The notes under the pieces: model-generated
Told to the model about the DNA's origin: nothing
Databases searched by the model: none
What the model saw: the letters and a program-made list of their open reading frames with translations, nothing else
DNA from: an uncultured Clostridia bacterium
GTDB taxonomy: Bacteria; Bacillota; Clostridia; Lachnospirales; CAG-274
DNA length: 32,000 bases
Assembly: GCA_947624015.1 (NCBI GenBank)
Contig: CANQIA010000003.1
Location: forward strand, 101,541 to 133,540
Direction: 5' to 3'
Program-made: the position numbers and the translations under genes
Part shown: in pieces, positions 29,731-32,000 of the stretch
How positions within the stretch are numbered: position 1 is the stretch's first letter
Layout of the letters: each line of letters begins with the position of its first letter

Positions 29731-29822
29731 ATAAAAAATCACACAAAGGATCGCACCATAAATTCGGCTCCTTACGGAAGCCTACGCCCTTTCAAGGTGG
29801 TGTACCCCTTTGTGTGATCTTT
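29731..29822 (-). promoter_or_regulatory. Probable HMP-PP riboswitch (thiS motif), aptamer embedded in an intrinsic terminator, controlling thiS
   Basis: Minus-strand read: ATCACACAAAGG-GGTACACCACCTTGAAAGGGCGTAGGCTTCCGTAAGGAGCCGAATTTATGGTGCGAT-CCTTTGTGTGAT-TTTTTATTTT. Perfect 12-bp outer stem (29738-29749 with 29807-29818), then a T-run. Internal pairings are CACCA/TGGTG and GGCTTC(CGTAA)GGAGCC. Immediately precedes the thiS RBS. Confidence 0.75.
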
Positions 29823-29854
29823 ATTTACATGATCATCACTTTTTATTTTAAGTT

Positions 29855-29883
29855 ATTTTAACATAATATTTTATGACTGTCAA
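29855..29883 (-). promoter_or_regulatory. Sigma-A-like promoter of the thi operon
   Basis: Minus strand: TTGACA (29878-29883), 17-nt spacer, TAAAAT (29855-29860), just upstream of the structured leader. Confidence 0.75.
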
Positions 29884-31691
29884 CTCAGAATAAAAGAGCC
29901 TGTCTGATACACCGCCGCCGAAACAAGCCATGCGGCGGCTGTTTGGTAAAGCGCAGCAAATACAGCCCATTTCAGGCTTTTCATTTCCTTGTATGAAGCG
30001 GTAAAGGCAGCGGCGCAGGGCATATAAAGTAATATAAACACAAGATATGAAAAGGCGGAAAGTCCCGTAAAATGCCGGGAAAGGAATCCGTCTGCATACA
30101 GTATGCCCAGAGTCGATATAATTGCCTCTTTTGCTCCCAGACCCGATATAATTGCGGCTGTTTTCCGCCAGTCGCTGCCAAAACCGCAAGGGATGAATAT
30201 GGGGGCTATTGCTTTTCCCAGACAGGCAAATATGCTCTCGCTGTTGTCTTTGACTATGTTCAGTCTTATATCAAAGCTTTGCATGAGCCATATTATCACA
30301 GAGGCAACAAGCAGTGTCGTAAATACCTTTTTTATAAAATCCTCTGCTCTTTCGCACATATGTATCATAACAGAGTACAATGAGGGCAACCTGTACGGCG
30401 GCAGCTCAGTTATAAAACCCTCATCTTCCCCTTTAATAAAAGTATTGCCGAGTATCAAGCCGCTTAAAAGAGCGACGCCTATGCCTATAACATAAAGAGC
30501 GGCAGTTACGACCCTTCCTTTGTCTGCGAAAATTTCGTTGCCAAAGGCGGCAAATACCGCCATTCTTGCGCCGCAGGTCATAAACGGTATGAGAATTACA
30601 GTTTTATTTCTTTCTGTGCGGCTTTTAAGTGTTCTTGTTGCCATAATGGCAGGGACGGAACAGCCGAATCCCATGAGCATTGGCACAAAGCTTCTTCCCG
30701 ATAAGCCAAAGCTTCTTAGAAGTCTGTCGGTTATAAATGACGCTCTTGCCATATATCCCGTATCCTCCAATATTGACAAAAAGAGAAAAAGAAGCACTAT
30801 TTGGGGCAAGAATACTATTACCATACCTATACCTTTTATTATGCCGTCAATAATAAGAGCCGTAATAAGCTCCGAAACATTAAGTTCACAGAGTATATTT
30901 GCCGTTAGCGCCCCTATCTTTTCATTTACCAGTATATCCATGCCGTTGCTCAGGGCTTTTCCCACGTTGCCGAAGGTAACAGAAAAAACAAAATACATTA
31001 TCGTCATAAATATGGGGAATGCCAAAAATCTGTTTGTTACGACAGTATCTATTCTATTGCTTAAACTGTGCTCCGTCTTTCCCTTATGCACGCACAGAGC
31101 CGTTATTTTTTCTATATATTTGTAGCGTCTGTTGGCTTCTTTTTCATACATTTCATCGTTTTCTTCAAAATAAAGGGCGTAGGGTCCTTTCCTTTTGCGG
31201 GAGATCGATGCAGCCTTTATAATAAGCTTATCTATGCCTTTTTTCTTAAGGGCTGAAATAGGTATTACGGGGATGCCCATAAGCTCTTCCATTTTTTTTA
31301 TATCTATAACATCCCCTCTGTTTTCCGCCTCGTCTATCATATTCAGCGCCATTACAACGGGGATACCCGTTTGCATAAGCTGAGTGGTAAGGTACATATT
31401 TCTTTCCATATTTGTGGCATCGACAACATTTATTATACAGTCGGGCTTGTCCTTAAGTATATACTCGCAGGCGATCGTCTCATCCTGAGAATAGGGATAA
31501 AGGGAGTATATACCCGGAAGATCCGATATTATTGCCGAAATATTTCCCACAGAGCATATACCCCTCTTTACATCTACGGTCACACCGGGACGGTTGCCTG
31601 TGTGTTCCCGACTGTCCGTAAGCAAATTAAAAAGCGTTGTCTTGCCGCAGTTGGGATTTCCCGCAAGAGCAAATTCGAGCATAGATATCAC
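29880..31691 (-). CDS. feoB: Ferrous iron transport protein B
   Basis: [95 protein letters not shown], and multi-TM C-terminus. Confidence 0.95.
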   Translation of the reverse strand: [603 protein letters not shown]

Positions 31692-31737
31692 TGTCCTTTA
31701 AAAAACGTAAGAATATATGACAAATATTACAAAACAC

Positions 31738-31766
31738 TTGTCTTTGACCGTTTATTATTGTATACT
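31738..31766 (+). promoter_or_regulatory. Candidate sigma-A-like promoter for the ORF at 31784
   Basis: TTGTCT (31738-31743), 17-nt spacer, TATACT (31761-31766), followed by AAGGTGAG and ATG at 31784. Confidence 0.55.
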
Positions 31767-31783
31767 GCTATAAGGTGAGTTTT

Positions 31784-32000
31784 ATGAAAAAAACAGTTAC
31801 AATAACAGGCGTTCTTATTATAATATATATGCTCTTGTCCTGTTTAATGACCAATTTTGCTTTGGGACAACTGCTTGCTCTTATTCTTGGAGTTGTTATG
31901 GCAATGTGGTTCCATGTGCCGTCTAATGCTTTTGTAAAAATAATAAAAATATTTTTTATTGCGACAGCGCTGTTTTTCTCCGTTGTGATAGGGATAATTT
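31784..32000 (+). CDS. Hydrophobic membrane protein, 3'-truncated by the window edge
   Basis: ATG at 31784 opens a frame running to the end: MKKTVTITGVLIIIYMLLSCLMTNFALGQLLALILGVVMAMWFHVPSNAFVKIIKIFFIATALFFSVVIGII. At least two TM-like segments; family not assigned. Confidence 0.6.
   Translation, partial: MKKTVTITGVLIIIYMLLSCLMTNFALGQLLALILGVVMAMWFHVPSNAFVKIIKIFFIATALFFSVVIGII

Noticed and set aside
29731-29830. TPP (THI-box) riboswitch upstream of the thi operon
   Set aside because: The leader lacks the recognisable TPP elements (CUGAGA-type and the long ACCYUUUGAACCUGAUCUGG-like stretch). The nested terminator structure fits the HMP-PP/thiS-motif architecture better.
30103-31125. Plus-strand ORFs 30103-30495 and 30520-31125 as real genes
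   Set aside because: They lie antisense to strongly supported feoB, have low-complexity S/P/I-rich translations and no credible RBS or family motif.
1-32000. CRISPR array, tRNA/rRNA genes, integrase or transposase
   Set aside because: No regularly spaced direct repeats, recognisable tRNA/rRNA sequence or recombinase-family ORF was found on inspection.

Overview
The window is an AT-rich Firmicutes/Clostridia-type chromosome segment (taxonomy inferred from style only). Bases 1 to about 23.8 kb form a surface-polysaccharide (capsule/EPS) locus. It carries several GT4-like glycosyltransferases, a Wzy-like polymerase, a Wzx flippase, a GDP-L-fucose module (gmd, fcl, manC, manA) and an acyltransferase broken by an in-frame TAG. 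It also carries a phosphonate module: a LicD-family protein, a three-domain nucleotidyltransferase / HxGH cytidylyltransferase / PEP mutase fusion, an Fe-ADH and a phosphonopyruvate decarboxylase. The simplest reading is a glycan decorated with 2-hydroxyethylphosphonate (HEP). The module is bracketed by two paralogous uncharacterised nucleotidyltransferases. A nearly identical 144-bp copy of the decarboxylase 3' end lies about 2.3 kb downstream of its source. Next comes an orphan minus-strand gene for a two-TM protein with a possible Nudix-like domain. A minus-strand thiSFGH-thiE/tenI operon follows. Its leader has a sigma-A-like promoter and a terminator hairpin with a structured internal domain, matching the architecture of the terminator-embedded HMP-PP (thiS motif) riboswitch. 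The window ends with feoB and a partial membrane protein. No CRISPR array, rRNA, tRNA or transposase was recognised.
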